NCBI GenBank assembly: GCA_964036045.1
Contig: OZ038378.1
Coordinates: forward strand, 177,940,001-178,004,000
Length of the DNA: 64,000 bases
Origin: Eutreptiella sp. 'Long Island Sound 2002'
Lineage: Eukaryota; Protista; Euglenida
Direction of reading: 5' to 3'
The notes under the pieces were generated by a model. The model did not search any database. It was not told where the DNA came from and saw only the letters and a program-made list of their open reading frames with translations. Shown here piece by piece: positions 46,591 through 58,875 of the stretch; the stretch's first letter is position 1; every line of letters begins with the position of its first letter. A program made the translations under genes and the position numbers.

Positions 46591-47029
46591 CTTGTAACAA
46601 ATTATCTACTCACATCTGCAAACACACAATCCTGCAAAATGAGATAAAGTTGCTTCAGTGCACCATCGCCACCTCGTATTTCCAAGATAGTATTATTCAA
46701 GTCCGTGCTGGCGGAGCCTGCTGGCTGTGTGTGGCCCCAGATGACTCTCAGGATCAATCAGAGCTATCCAGTCACGGGATTCTTTTGCTGTGATCTCCAA
46801 ATTGGTTTCGGTAATTTTTCTGTGATTTCTGTGTCTTTCTGTGGTACCATAAGATGGAGACGCCAGTCTGGCAATGGGACGCATCTGCTTCATGCAAAGG
46901 CTCCCACACCCCTTGACCAAATTACCACACGATTCAGGCATGCCTTCAGAGCACTGGTACCACAAGCCATAATTGTATCTTCATAGTGCCCAAGTGCCCG
47001 GTTTTTTGCGTCAGTCAAAGACTGCTACA

Positions 47030-48000
47030 TACTCACAACAGCAAAGACTCCTGCATCCTTGCAACAGAGTGACAGATGTTGCTTGGCCCTTCGACTGACG
47101 ACCCTCCGGAATCATTTTGGCATGCATCACAGTACACGGCCAATGCTGAACCCCAGGGGACAGTCACAGCTCGGCGGCAAAGCTGCAGTGACAAGGGCCT
47201 GGCCACAAATGTTCTCTGTGAAGAGTTTCCGAACCGGTGTGTGACTGCGTGAATCAGATCATCGTACAGCACAGGGAACAAAGAGGGCCTTGGGGCTGCG
47301 TTGGGGGATTCTTTGGGGAATGGGTTTTGGCCCTCACCATCCGACAAGATCACGGAAGAGGGGGTGGCACGTGTAGAAATACACGTGGCCACAGGAAAGG
47401 ACCCCTGAGCTTTGATGGTGAGCCAAAACTTGTGTGCATGAGCTGCATCAGCAAAGGAAGTGCGCCCTCGCCACCATATTCCAAAGCTGCACCCATGTTC
47501 CAAACAATTGCCGTCTCTACGGAGGGCGTTGCTTACACTCAGGCCACAGAAATATCAACGTTTCTTGGGTGGAACTTGCTGGTCGTGATGGTGGACCAGT
47601 TGTGTGATACAATGGCTTGGCCATAAATCGACGATGGTCGTCAATTTCCAGAATCACTCTGGCATACGCAACTGTACTTCTGATACTGCTGATACTAAGG
47701 CTTGGAGAAAGGGGGAGGGTTGGGGGGGGCGGGGGGCGTCCAGCCAACAAAGAAAATAGGGGCCGCTGATGTTGGCACTCAAATAGGTGCCGAAATGACT
47801 CAGCTGTGGGGTGGTGGAGTTTGCACAAGGCCTGGCTTGGACAGGGGATTTGCCAAAGTGGCTGTGGATCCGTACACACAGTGCATCCAACTGGGCGAGA
47901 GCTTCGATGGTGTTCCAAAAATTGCCGAGTAAATGGACTGCGCATCGGCAAGACGATACGAATCTGTTTGACTCCTACGTCAGAGGGATCCATGCCGGGA
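47030..48000 (-). mobile_element. Degenerate non-LTR reverse transcriptase fragment
   Basis: HQRPLFSLL..AYARVIL (cf. RPISLL..YK) and VILSDGEGQNPF..PRPSLFPVLYDDL (cf. GVPQG..LSP.LF..Y.DD). Confidence 0.45.
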
Positions 48001-50652
48001 CAGAGGTAGGAGGCCCCATCTGCACGGCCAGAAACAAGCCAAACGATCCAAAAAACGAGTTGTCACCAAACTGCCAAAGACCCTCTGGTGCGGGGAAAGG
48101 AAATGAAGGGGAAGGGTGGACGGTATTGTCTATCCCAAATTACATTTCCCACGTTTATTGTAAGGAAAGGAGACATGGCAGGTGTTGCAAACAAGCACCC
48201 TGCCCAACGGTGATGCCAATCTCTCCGGTCCTGATTCTTTTTTGGTGACCCCAAACATGCAGCGGTGAATGATATCCACATCCACATGGGATTGTGGGTG
48301 CGGGGCAAAGAGGTCTTGGGGGCTTTCTGGATTACCCCAAACCCTTATCTCAATATCCGTAAATTTCATTTGACTATCATATGCACGATGCACAATGTGG
48401 CACACACCTTTATGTTGTTCAACTTCATGTTCTGGCTATCCCACCATTGTCGTCCATGGCCTTTGCGTTTTTGCGGCGCTTGCGCCGTAAATGTTGTAGA
48501 AATGTTTCATGGCCCCGTGCAGAGGGCCTCCAATGGAAAATGCACAGGGAGTGGGCATGGCGCGCACAGCACTACTGGGACACCTGTGCACAGTGCACCT
48601 CAAGCATCCAACACCAGGAATGAGTAATCCCAAGATAGTATCGCTGGTTGCAGGGTTCACACTCTCCACTGTCTCAGGTTGCCCTTACGTGCCCAAACTC
48701 GGACACCTCAAAGAGCACCATGTGTCCAACAGCAACAAAAACAAAAAATGCCCCACTGCCTGGAGTGTGCAACTGCCCTTTGAGCAGGTCAAAAAGTACT
48801 CAGTATCCAAACCTTCGCCCTGCATGCACCATGCAACGCAATACCCCCTCACTCTCAAATGTTGGCCGGATCCTCTAAAGGGCTGTGTAGGGACGGGTAA
48901 TAGTGCAGGGGTAGTGGGTGGTCAAATTCTCTAAAGGGCTGCACAGGTCAACAGGGGCACTGGTTAATAGGACTCGCAGTTCCACTTGTCTATTAACATC
49001 AACGCAGTAAGGGATGTCCTTCTGCAATACATACGCAAAGGTGGTCCAGGACACAAGCAACGCAGAGTGCGAGGGGCAACACAATCAAAACGTATAAGTC
49101 ACCTGAGAAATTCTGCAGACATGTGCTGTCCGCAGTGCAAACGCTTTCTAGCCTGTGTACAGACACTTGTGGTGGCTGCACATGTTGGCCGTAAAAAATT
49201 TGATGTGGCTGGCTAAGACTACCTGCATGAAAAGGGGGCGTGGTTGTGGTGTGGGCGGATGAAGACTCAGCAGTTGTGCCGGTTGGTACTTCGGGGTGTG
49301 CGCACTGGTCGGATTTTCAGGAGGAAATTGTCTACGTTGTTTGGCTTTAGACGGTGGTGGGAAAGTATTTTGGTACCCCAGTCATGTTACCACCAACACT
49401 ATGGTCAGAAAAACCAATGTAGCACAGGGCCATTGGGCTCAGACAAGGCCATGCTCGCACAAATGGAGTTAGGGGGTACGTGAGAGTGGGCCAGTTGTCC
49501 CTCCAAGTAACAATCCTGCCCCCGGGTTGTCCCCTCAACTGCCGGCGCCAACAGTCTTCACATCCAGTCATTACGATTTGAAGGGTACTCTGCTCCACTG
49601 TTCATAAAATGTGTGCAGGGAGAATGGGGGGGGGGGGGGGTCCAGCACCAGTCTTGGCAGTGCCCTGAGCCCCAAGCCACTGTGGCCACAGATCGCCTCA
49701 TTTCAGGAGCTCAGCAACGCTGCGGGAGATTTGGCCTGTGGAGAACTGCAACAGCAGCCATTGCCCGAAAGCCGCAAAGCTCAGGATGCCACCTCACGCA
49801 CCAGGGGCGTGGCATCAGTGGACAATGCCACCTCCTCTATGGCGTCCCCATTGCCCTCTTGTCCCCTTGTCCCTGAACTCTGTGACCTACATGGCACCCC
49901 CGGGAGTGCACACATCAGTAACGTGATGCGCTGCCCCTCGCGCTCTTAAGCCATGCACAATTAGACACAAAATGACATATCATCACTTCAGCAGGGGCCA
50001 TGGACCACGGGATTTGCTGTGTACCCTCGGCACTGACCCCGCGCAGCAGAAACGGAGGGGCACGACAATTGGGAATGTGCGAAAAGGGTTCGTTGCTGAT
50101 TGGGAATTGGGAAAATTTGTTTCATTTGGAATATTCGGAAATATTTGGAAATGGTGAAAATATACTTTTCTGCCTTGCTGGCGATTTAGGATGATTGTTG
50201 TTCATTCTTAGTGCCCTTTGGATGGTTCCTTTTCATTCCCGGTGCCTGCTGGATGCTTGATGTTGAGCCCTGGTGTCCTCTGTATGCTTGCTGTCGATTC
50301 CTGGTGCCTACTGCATGCTTGCTGCAAAGTCATTGCAACAATTGAAATGAGCAAAAAGCGTGGATGATGACGCAACCATAAACCAACCAGTCCTCAAAGA
50401 TATTCTTTTGCTTTACAAACCTTTCCTCCACGTTGTCATTGCAAAACATTGCCCCCCATACCCCCCACCCTTACAGGACACGTTGTGGAGGTTCGACGTC
50501 GATAGCACCACGTCCATTGGCACTCCTGTGGCTGATTCGAGAGCCAACATATCAGCCAGAGGCACCACAGTGCCTGGTAAAGGTCCCTCGTCCCTGCCCC
50601 CGACCACGGCACACATCCCCCTTGTTCGCCCTGGCATGCCCTGCCCCCCCCC

Positions 50653-51258
50653 CTATTGGGGATTGGAGGAGTCGCCCTCCAGCCCCGTACGGTCACACGC
50701 CGCCCGGCTGTATTCATGCTCCCGCACCGCCGCGTCCAACAGATCATGCTCCAGCTCCTCCACCTCCTTCGCCAGCTCGTCCACCGCCGCCAGCGCCCGG
50801 CCGAGCTGCTGCTTGGCCCCCGCGGCCTGGGCCTGCAGCTGCTGCTGCGTGACCATCTGTCGGCACGCCGCCTGCTGTTGCGCCACCTGCAGACGGCCCT
50901 GCAGCGCCTCCCGCACGGACGCGAACAGCCGCGCGATGTTGGGGCGCTCGCCCGGGAGGTGCTGGCGGCTGAGCAGCGGCGCGCAGCGCGGCGCCGCGGC
51001 CCCGCCCTCGCCCTGGACCAGGCGGTAGTAATCCGCGTTCTCCGCGAGCAGCGTCTGGAGCTTCTGCTTCAGGTCCGCCTCCCGGCGCTCCAGCCGCGCG
51101 TTCTGGGCGGTCGCGTGCTCCAGCAGCTGCACGACCTCCGCGTGGTCCTGCCGCAGTCGCGCGTGCTGCGCGTCCGCGCCGTGCGCCTTGCTCTGGGCCG
51201 CCTCGGCCTTGGCCAGGCAGTCCTGCAGGAGCTTCGCGTGCACGGTCCCCAGACGCAC
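50653..51258 (-). CDS. Probable last exon of the kinesin-like protein (coiled coil)
   Basis: Acceptor ccacAG|GTGCGT, phase 0; GC-rich coiled-coil sequence. The 3' end is taken at the TAG stop, but an earlier donor cannot be excluded. Confidence 0.75.
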   Translation of the reverse strand: MRLGTVHAKLLQDCLAKAEAAQSKAHGADAQHARLRQDHAEVVQLLEHATAQNARLERREADLKQKLQTLLAENADYYRLVQGEGGAAAPRCAPLLSRQHLPGERPNIARLFASVREALQGRLQVAQQQAACRQMVTQQQLQAQAAGAKQQLGRALAAVDELAKEVEELEHDLLDAAVREHEYSRAACDRTGLEGDSSNPQ

Positions 51259-52887
51259 CTGTGGCGGGGAGTCGGATCAGAGGGGCGGGGCAACGGATGC
51301 AGTAGCCTCATTGGGCAATGCCCTGTGCTGAGATAGGGACGGAAAGGCCCATGAGACGGAGGAATCCCCGTGGCCTGTGGTTCAGCGTCCCTTGTATGAG
51401 ACCTCCCCACCCGCAATACAAAGGGGGGGGGGCTTTATCACAGTCAACAGCGCTTTTTTGAAAATTTTCTTGAATTTTTTGGCAATTGTTTTTGAAATTT
51501 TCTGAAAACATTTTGCAGTTTTTGTGGAAAAGGTTTTGGAAATTTTGGGAAATTTTCCAAAAAATTTCCATACAAAACCCTATAGCCCCAAAAGTCGCAA
51601 AAGTCTTCACAAAAGAGGGGCATAAAGTCGGGGGAGGGGGTGGGGCGGGTGAAGGCTGTAAGGCAGTACGGCATTGAATGTGCTGGTTTGGTACCTCTGG
51701 GGATGTGCTTTGGTTGGAGATTCCGGGAAACGTCGACATTGTTTGTCCCGAGACGGTGCGCGGTTTGGTGCGTGAGAGTGGGACAGCGGCCCCTCTGCCC
51801 ACAAGCGCCGCTCCTGCCCCTTGGCGTGCCTCCCTTGCCAAGTGCCGGCATGCCTCACGCAAGTGAAATCTGGCGGGGGCTCTCCACCACATCTGATGTG
51901 CGGTGAGGCAAATGCGAAACAGGGCCAGAGGGTCCCGGCGCCCCTCGCGCCTGGGGTCTCCATCTCCTGACAAATGGCGGGTGCAGCACTACACCAATGG
52001 CCAGGCAGTGGCAAGGTGTCCCCAATGCGCCTGCCTGATGCGGGCGATTTGCGCCTCCAGCAGAGGCAATAGCTCCCGAGGAGTCCCGATGCGATACTTA
52101 CCCTCCCCCATCAGATCAGCAGGATACACGACTCTCCCTGCCATCCCACACTGCCACACCGCTGTGCCACAGGCGTGCTGCATCTCGAGCCAAATAGGGC
52201 GCCAGAACGATCACCAAACAGGAGTGTGCCGACCGTGTGCAGGTGAGCTAAGCAGCGCCGACCCATGGGCAAAACAACGGCTCCCGGATGCTGCCCGCTT
52301 GCCTGCTGACCTGAGCCGGGGTCTGTTGACTGCCGATAGCCTCAGCCCTGTGCATACTTACGAACCAACACGTGCTTCCCTTTGTCATGTTGTCTTGCAC
52401 CACCAGTGCCGGACTGATATTTGAGCTCAATGGAGGGCAGCACCGTTGCTGTGCGCACCGCACGCGGTCTGCAGTGTGCCCCCCCTTCCATGGGACCAAA
52501 CCATCTGGCACCCTCCAGAGGGTGCCCTGCCACTCACGGTAAGGGAGAACGCAGCTCCAGCACAGAGCAAGGGCTCCCACACTTCATTCAGAAGGGGGGA
52601 AGTGACAGGAAACAGGCAACGCACACGAATGCTGCCGTGCAACGGAGAAGGGCAGACAATGCAAACGCGTGTAGTGTTGTCGTGCTTTGTTATGGGCAAC
52701 CCTGTGTCATGTTGCCTTGCTACCCAGGGAAACGGTCGTCGTGGAGGTGTGGGGCCACGCCCGGCCCTTGGAGGATCACCCCGAGACTGACAGCTCACAA
52801 TGTCGCATCACTGGAAACGGTTGTTGTTTTGTGAGGTCACCGTGGCCCGATACGCCTGCGCCGTTGTATCACGGGATCGAGTTCCAC

Positions 52888-53310
52888 CTGCTTCTTGAGT
52901 TCAAACACCTCCGCCTGCAGGGCCGCCTGTCGCTCGCGGCTCTCCTGCAGCTGCTTCTCCACAAACCACACGCGGCGGTCCCGCAGGGCCTGCCGCTGGC
53001 GCGCCCCCACCTCCTGCGCGTACGGATTGGGGGCCACCCGCCGCCCGGTGGCCGACTGGGCCCGCCTCCGGCGCCCGGCTGGGGGCGGTGTGGGCGGTGC
53101 GTCCTCGGCCTCCACGGCGGGGGCCGGCTCCGGCGGCGGGGCGGCGTGCGAATCGTGCAGCGCGTCCGTGAGGTGCTCCTTGTCGCGCTGCAGGCCCTCG
53201 ACCTCGCGCTGCAGACGCTGGATGTGGGCCTCGTACGTCTGCAGGATCGGATGGTACGACGCATCGAGCTGCCCCTGCAGCCGCGCGAGGTCCTGGGCTT
53301 GCCGTGCGCC
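52888..53310 (-). CDS. Internal exon of the kinesin-like protein (coiled coil)
   Basis: ccttcAG|GGCGCA ... AAGCAG|GTggaa; 423 bp, phase 0-0; GARQAQDLARLQ...VFELKKQ. Confidence 0.85.
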
Positions 53311-54230
53311 CTGAAGGCATGGAAAGTGTTGTCGCACTGAGGGGCTGGAAAAGGGGGCGGGGGGGGGGGGGCGTCCATCGACTTCAGTCAGATGCAGGGC
53401 GCTCCCTAACTCAAAAGGGCGGTCATGCAGCCCTTACTATTGGAAGTGGCGGAAGAGGAGGACGCATAACTCCCCGAGGCGTCTGGATGCTTGCTGTTAG
53501 AATATGTATGAGCTCTGGGGGATGACAGCAAAGTATTGGCTACCTATGCCGAAACGTGTCGAGTACGGGAATCGAACGCCGGACCTTTAAATTGGCGCTC
53601 TTCAATGAAATGAAAAAAAAAAAAAGGGAGCGCCCCGGTCACTCCGGATGCAGTGGGGATACAGGAAGACAATCCCACCGCACCCCAAACCACTGTGAGG
53701 ACGTCCTGCTGCGCTGCATGACGGTGTGCGCGTGGGTTTGGGAGTGGGTACGGGCGTGGCGTGGCGTTTTGCCTTGAACTGTGTCCGCGCCCTATCATCC
53801 CACGTACAGTGCGCTGGCACAACGTAGAGGTAGCCGCCCCCTTCGGCGAGGCAGTGCACCGCAGGATCCCCGCTGCACACTGCCCCCTGCAGTGCAGCAG
53901 TACACTGAAGGATCCTCACAGCCCACTGCCCCTGGGGGTGCCATGAGCGGTCCCACTGCCCACTGTCCCCTGCAGTGTGGCAATGCACTGAGGAAACCCC
54001 CTTGCTGGCTGCGCCCTGCAGTGAGGCAGTGAGGCAGTGAGGCACAGACACCAGGACTTGAAATTTAGCTGAGGGTTTGGTATCAGGGCCCACCCGCCTG
54101 GCTTTTCCCGTGGTCACGGCATCCGGGCCATTGCCTTTTGGTAACAGCGCCTTCGGCACACCACACCACAGCAGAACCCACCCCACCTCACCACGCCCCA
54201 TCACACCCCACCCCACCACCACACCACACC

Positions 54231-54711
54231 ACACAACACAGCACAACACAACACAACACGACACAACACAACACAACACAACACAACACAACACAACACA
54301 ACACAACACAACACAACACAGCACAACACAACACAACACAACACAACACAACACAACACAACACAACACAACACAACACAACACAACACAACACAACACA
54401 ACACGACACAACACAGCACAGCACAGCACAGCACAGCACAGCACAGCACAGCACAGCACAGCACAGCACAGCACAGCACAGCACAGCACAGCACAGCACG
54501 ACACGACACGACACGACACGACACGACACGACACGACACGACACGACACGACACGACACGACACGACACGACACAGCACAGCACAGCACAGCACAGCACA
54601 GCACAGCACAGCACAGCACAGCACAGCACAGCACAGCACAGCACAGCACAACACAACACAACACAACACAACACAACACAGCACAACACAACACAACACA
54701 ACACAACACAA
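54231..54711. repeat. Compound pentanucleotide microsatellite CACAA/CACAG/CACGA/CACAG/CACAA in an intron
   Basis: Directly visible. Confidence 0.98.
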
Positions 54712-54755
54712 GACATAACACTCGCAATGCTCAGCATCTTTCAATTCATGTTTAC

Positions 54756-56972
54756 CTGCTCCTCCTGTAATGCACGCGCTGCCGCGAGGTCCCGCTCCAG
54801 CTCCGCGACGTACTGCAGGACGCTTTCGTTCAGGCGGCCGCTGCTGCCGGGCTTGGCAGGCGCTGCGGTGTCCTCTGGGCCACCAGCGCTCGGATTCTCG
54901 GCCTCCGGGCGGCTCTGCCGGCGGTACGAGTTGAGATGTTCCTGCTGGTCGGGGCTGAGCGCGGCGCAGCTTCGGTCCGCAATCCCAACGCGACGCGCCT
55001 CCTTCAGATCCACGAGCTGCTGGTACACGTGCCCAGGGCTGCGAGGGCTTGTCGGCGACCGGGAACGCCGCGCACCGGCGCGTGTGTGTGCGTCCGCCGC
55101 GCTGGGGGCGCCCGGGCCCGGGCTCCGGGGCCTCGGTGGGGTACGCGCTCCATGGCGGTGGGCGCGATCGCGCGCACCAGCGGCAGAGGGCGGGTCCGAG
55201 ACGGGGGCTTCAGACCCGAGTCCAACGCCGGGCTCGGCATCGGGAATACTCACATCGGCGTACAGGCCGTCCTGATGAATGTGGTGCAGCTGCTGCTCCA
55301 ACTGCTGCACGAGCAGCCTCTGTTGCTCCAGCCGCCGCGCGCGCTCCGGCGCCACAGCGCCTTGCGGGCTTTCCCTTCCGTCAGCAATTGGCGCCGGCGG
55401 CAGTCCCGCATCACCGACGCGGGGCTGCGTGTGGACCACCCCGGCAGTGGCCTTTGCAGGCACGTCGCGCACGCGCGCGCGTCTGTCGTCCCCACCGTGC
55501 ACTGCGTGGCCCTCCACGTCTAGTCCTTTGCTCCCTACACCGGGCCCGCCCCCTGACGAGCGGCTCCCGGCGGCAGCGTACCCCTGGCCCCGGCGCGGGT
55601 GCCGCGGGCGGTGCCACGCACTGCCAGCGTCCAGCACAGGGCCACCGCGGGTGGGGCCGAGGAGCGGGGCTCCCGCGGACGCCAGGGATTCGGAGCGGCC
55701 GCGGGGCGCCGTGTACCGGGTCCCGGGCCCGGAGTGCAGGCGGCGCACCGCAACGCTCTGCAGAGGGCCCGCCCCGGCCGCTGCGACGCCCCCCGCCGGG
55801 GCCGGTCGTGGGGGTGGGACCGACTCGGGCTCGGGGGAGGACGGGGGCTCCGCCTCCTTCGGGCGTGGGGACAACTCGGCAGCCCCGAGCGCTGCGTACA
55901 AATGCTGCAGCTCCGCCTGATACCGCGCGCTCGCGGGGGGGCGCCCCCCGTCGGCGTCCACCAGCATCGCCTGCGCACTGGCAAAGGCGGAGTCCGCGTC
56001 GTGCGGTCGCGCCCCCGGGCCGGGCGCGCGCGCACCGGCGCTGTCCTGCGGGTTCAGCGCCGGGTCTTGCTCTGCCAGCGTTGCCAGGGACGGGGGACCG
56101 GGGTCACTGCCGGGGTCACTCGTGGCGGGAGGGACACTGGGGACCACCGCGTCTGCGAAGGGCACGGGGGACAGGCGTAGCTGCGCGAGCGCGGCGGCCT
56201 CGTCAATGGCGTCGGAGCCCTCGTCCTCGACCACATGGATGGAGGAGGTGGGGGGCAGGAGGGACAGGGGCAGGGGGTTGTCGCCGTCCGCGGCGTCCAG
56301 GCCGCACGCCAACAGATTGCGCCGGATGTCCTGCAGCGCCTCCCGCTGGTCGTCCAGCACCTGCGTCGTGTCGCCGCTACCCGGCTCTGGCGCGAACGGG
56401 GGCTCGCCGCTCGCGCGCCCGACGCCCGACGCTGAGAGCAGACTGGAGCTCGTCAGCCGGTCCATGATCTCCTGCGCCTTGTTCGGGGTCGCGCCCACGT
56501 CGGGGGCCGTCGCGTCGGGCGGGTCGTCGCCGGTGGCACCGCCCGCCGTTGCGCGGCGCGGCCCGCACTCGCCGGCGGCCGCCGGTCGCGCACGCTTCGG
56601 TTTCTGTCGGCGGAGGGCGTCTTCGTGCACCGCGCGCTGCGCTACGAGCAGCTGCAGGAAGTGCCCCAAGTCCACGGGCTGCGTCAGCGCCGTCCATGAC
56701 TTCATGGCCTCGGGGGGGTACGTGCTGCGGACGCACGGGTGCGCGATCGCGCTGGCCTTCGCGGCGAGGCCCCGCAGGGCCTTGGCCTCGGCGCGGCAGG
56801 CGGCCTCGTTGTGCAGGAACGTGAGGACGGTGCAGCGGCCGTTGCCGCACAGCAGCGGGGCGAGGACGCGGGTCAGGGTCGTGTCGCGGGCCTGCAGAGG
56901 CATGTCCCCGCGGCCCTTGCCCTGGGCCCGGGCGGCGACCTCCGAGACCAGGCGGGTCACCGCAAGCAGCTC
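54756..56972 (-). CDS. Large internal exon of a divergent kinesin-like protein (motor C-terminus, disordered region, start of coiled coil)
   Basis: ccacAG|GAGCTG ... GAGCAG|GTaaac; 2217 bp, phase 0-0. RDTTLTRVLAPLLCGNGRCTVLTFL..EAKALRGLAAKASAI resembles kinesin RDSKLTRLLQDSLGGNSKT.MI...ETLSTLRFA.RAK.I. Upstream exons were not found in the window. Confidence 0.75.
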
Positions 56973-58049
56973 CTGTGGACACGGGATGGGGCATCGGTCC
57001 GGTCACCCTCTCCTCTGGGAAGAGGGGGGGGAGTCCCGTTCTGCACGACAGGCCGTTTGCTCATTGGCCCGTGGGGCCCTCAACATTGCGCTTGTGACAT
57101 CCGCTGGCTCGACTCAAGACTGTGCCTCCGGCCGCTCTTGCATTCCTCCGTTGAGTGGCTTGGTCAAGGGCATCACCCAGTACTTCTCCAGTGGGGCTGT
57201 GCTGCTGCTGCCCTGGACTCTCAGTTGCTGTTGTGCTTTGGATGTCGGGTGAATACGCACATCGGGGTGGAGACGCTGTACCGCTGTGCCCACCCCCTCA
57301 ATTATCTGTCAAAAATCCAGGCCGCACCGGGGAAGGGGGGGGGGGGGGACTGCAACACTCATGACAATAACTTAGTCGGCCTAGCCTCATACAAGTGCTT
57401 TTATATTTGCCCAATAAACGGAAACGACAAAGGGAAACAAAAAACACTTTACACGCCACGGGGGGGCCGTCTCCTTGCTTTTAGACGCGACCCCCCCCCC
57501 CCAGTAGAAGTGGGCCAAAGCCCCCAAGGGTGGTGGTGGGTCTGTGGGACTTTCACCCGCACTGGTATGGGCTGGAGCGTGGCTCGGACCTATCCACCCC
57601 ACTATTGACCACCGCTCAGTCGTGGGGGTAAAAACGGGCACGCGTGTTCACTTGTGGAACACCCGTGGTTTTCGACAGCTGGACGGTCGAGGGGGCATCG
57701 CTCCGCTTAATGTACGTGCTCTGGAGGTCTTAGCTTTGTCTGCGGTTGCATTCTCACGGAGTGTTGTGCCCCCCGGCAGGTGCCCAGTGTCCCTCCCTGT
57801 GCGTGGCTCGTGTTGAGTGTGGGATTGTGGGTTGAGCTGTGTACTCCCGTGCTGCGCCATCGTCCTGTCTCGGTTGTGTGAAGCCAGGGACTAGGGTGCA
57901 GTGTCGCCTCTCCCTTTCCCGGGGTGTTTCTAACACGCGCACGACACCGGCAAGTAGAGCAGCTTAACTCCCACGTTTAGCTTGGTGACATCCGCGGTCG
58001 CATGTCTGTGTAGTGAGAATGTACCATGTGACCACAGCTTTGTAAGTAG

Positions 58050-58750
58050 AAACGCCATGCACGCCACCAACTACGAACTTGAACCCGGCGACGGCGTGGG
58101 GGATTGTCCGGTGTATCTGACTAGAAACCGGTGCACCTCGGCGCCGTACCTCAAGACAAACCAGCGGTGGCAACCCCGCAGGTCTCTGGCAGCCACCGCA
58201 GTAGGCAAGTCGATGACGTAGCGTGACGCTAACTGCCGCCTAACAAAGGCCGGCCATCTAACTCGTTCCGGTAAGTGGACTCCGTGGTGGAACCAATACA
58301 ACATCTCACGTGTGCCAGGCTGTGCAATGCATTACAGAGGTACGTACACGGCCGTGTTGCTTAGAAAGTGCCAAAGGCCCAAGTGTAGGGGTGGGGGTGT
58401 CACGGACACTGCATGAGGCTGTACTTGCTAGCTCCCAGCCGTCGGGAATTTTCGAGCCGGAGATAGGGCGCAATACGCCGTGCATCCCTGTTCTGGCAAA
58501 GACCAGTCCCCTGCGTCATGTAGCTGAGGGGGGTGAGTGGTATGCGACATTCGCAGGACTGTTTTCCCAAAAGTGACCAAAACGGTGCGCACCTGTTTGG
58601 AGGTCGCTCCATGACAAATCAACGCTTTTTTTGATGCGGGCAACATCTAGCCGGATAGGGACAAAGTAACCCGGGGCACCTCCTGCACTGGGCAGGTAGA
58701 AACGGCACCGACCGTAAGCCCAAGGTAGGCACCCCCTGACTTGACGAGAC
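58050..58750 (-). mobile_element. Possible heavily degenerate second Penelope-like RT remnant
   Basis: Frameshifted pieces PLALSKQHGRVRTSV and HLPERVRWPAFVRRQLASRY..FVLRYG resemble the PLE RT C-terminus. Confidence 0.35.
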
Positions 58751-58828
58751 CTCCCCAAAAGGTGGGCAGGGACACTCCCCACTCTGGTACAATGCGACGC
58801 TGCTGAGAAGAAGTCTGTGGATGGCAGT

Positions 58829-58831
<3 letters not shown>

Positions 58832-58872
<41 letters not shown>
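58832..58872. repeat. (GA)n microsatellite
   Basis: Directly visible. Confidence 0.98.

Positions 58873-58875
<3 letters not shown>

Noticed and set aside
53602-54770. Cys/Val-rich and His/Thr/Gln-rich ORFs
   Set aside because: Translations of the pentanucleotide microsatellite in an intron.
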